DNA from: an uncultured Ignavibacteriota bacterium
GTDB lineage: Bacteria > Bacteroidota > Ignavibacteria > UBA10030 > BY39
Reading direction: 5' to 3'
Length of the DNA stretch: 64,000 nucleotides
Assembly (NCBI GenBank): GCA_947085285.1
Contig: CAMTVZ010000138.1
Coordinates: 330 to 64,329 of the forward strand
In this document: positions 63,980 to 64,000 of the stretch, piece by piece
How the letters are laid out: the number at the start of each line of letters is the position of its first letter
How positions within the stretch are numbered: position 1 is the first letter of the stretch
Notes under the pieces: model-generated
Database searches by the model: none
Told to the model about the DNA's origin: nothing
What the model saw: the letters and a program-made list of their open reading frames with translations, nothing else
Made by a program: the position numbers and the translations under genes

Positions 63980-64000
63980 CGAAATATGTTGCTTTATTGG

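Noticed and set aside
1-64000. Search for CRISPR arrays, tRNA/rRNA genes, and IS elements or transposases.
   Set aside because: I found no direct-repeat/spacer periodicity, no tRNA-like cloverleaf candidates in the few intergenic regions, and no transposase or integrase-like translations in the six-frame track.

Overview
The window is AT-rich (roughly 35% GC by eye) and almost entirely coded on the minus strand. Positions about 640-49503 form one contiguous flagellar regulon of about 49 kb. Positions 26561-45645, read in the gene direction, follow Bacillus fla/che-like synteny: flgB-flgC-(orf)-fliE-fliF-fliG-fliH-fliI-fliJ-ylxF-like-fliK-flgD-(orf)-flgE, then a three-gene signalling island, then fliL-fliM-fliN-fliO-fliP-fliQ-fliR-flhB-flhA-flhF-flhG-(orf)-fliA. 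There are no che genes. A second block, also on the minus strand, runs from 13171 down to 640: flgF-flgG-flgA-flgH-flgI-flgJ-flgN-flgK-flgL, two MotA/MotB stator pairs, fliW-csrA, and a motAB-linked receiver protein. The late genes lie at 45782-49503 (flagellin, fliS, fliD, flaG, flgM). Regulation appears three-tiered. A cytoplasmic histidine kinase and a sigma-54 activator (NtrC-type) sit just upstream of the flgB operon, and I see two TGGCAC-N5-TTGAA boxes upstream of the flgB and fliL operons. FliA/FlgM are present, and flagellin is preceded by a textbook TAAA-N15-GCCGATAA promoter. CsrA/FliW are present, and the flagellin leader carries GGA motifs. The locus also carries several receiver proteins with non-catalytic HD-family outputs: two degenerate HD-GYP domains and two HDOD domains. 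A G-tract motif (GGGGG(G)AWAWWGAA) recurs in four flagellar promoter regions. Downstream of flagellin (49.9-64.0 kb) lies an accessory block. It holds a lipoprotein, a TPR membrane protein and a transmembrane Ser/Thr-kinase-like protein with PEGA repeats that is probably a pseudokinase. It ends with the distal half of a phage-tail-like contractile injection system (eCIS/T6SS-like). That half contains VgrG, a gp25/TssE-like gene, two baseplate genes, an extended PAAR gene and a LysM plus peptidoglycan-binding protein. Three unknown genes follow it, one with a W-rich tandem repeat and one with an HExxH motif. I treat these as candidate cargo and as the most likely undescribed system in the window. 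The only plus-strand gene is a 5'-truncated MalK/UgpC-type ABC ATPase (1-630). I found no rRNA, tRNA, CRISPR array or transposase. All calls come from reading the provided translations and sequence; no database search was run.
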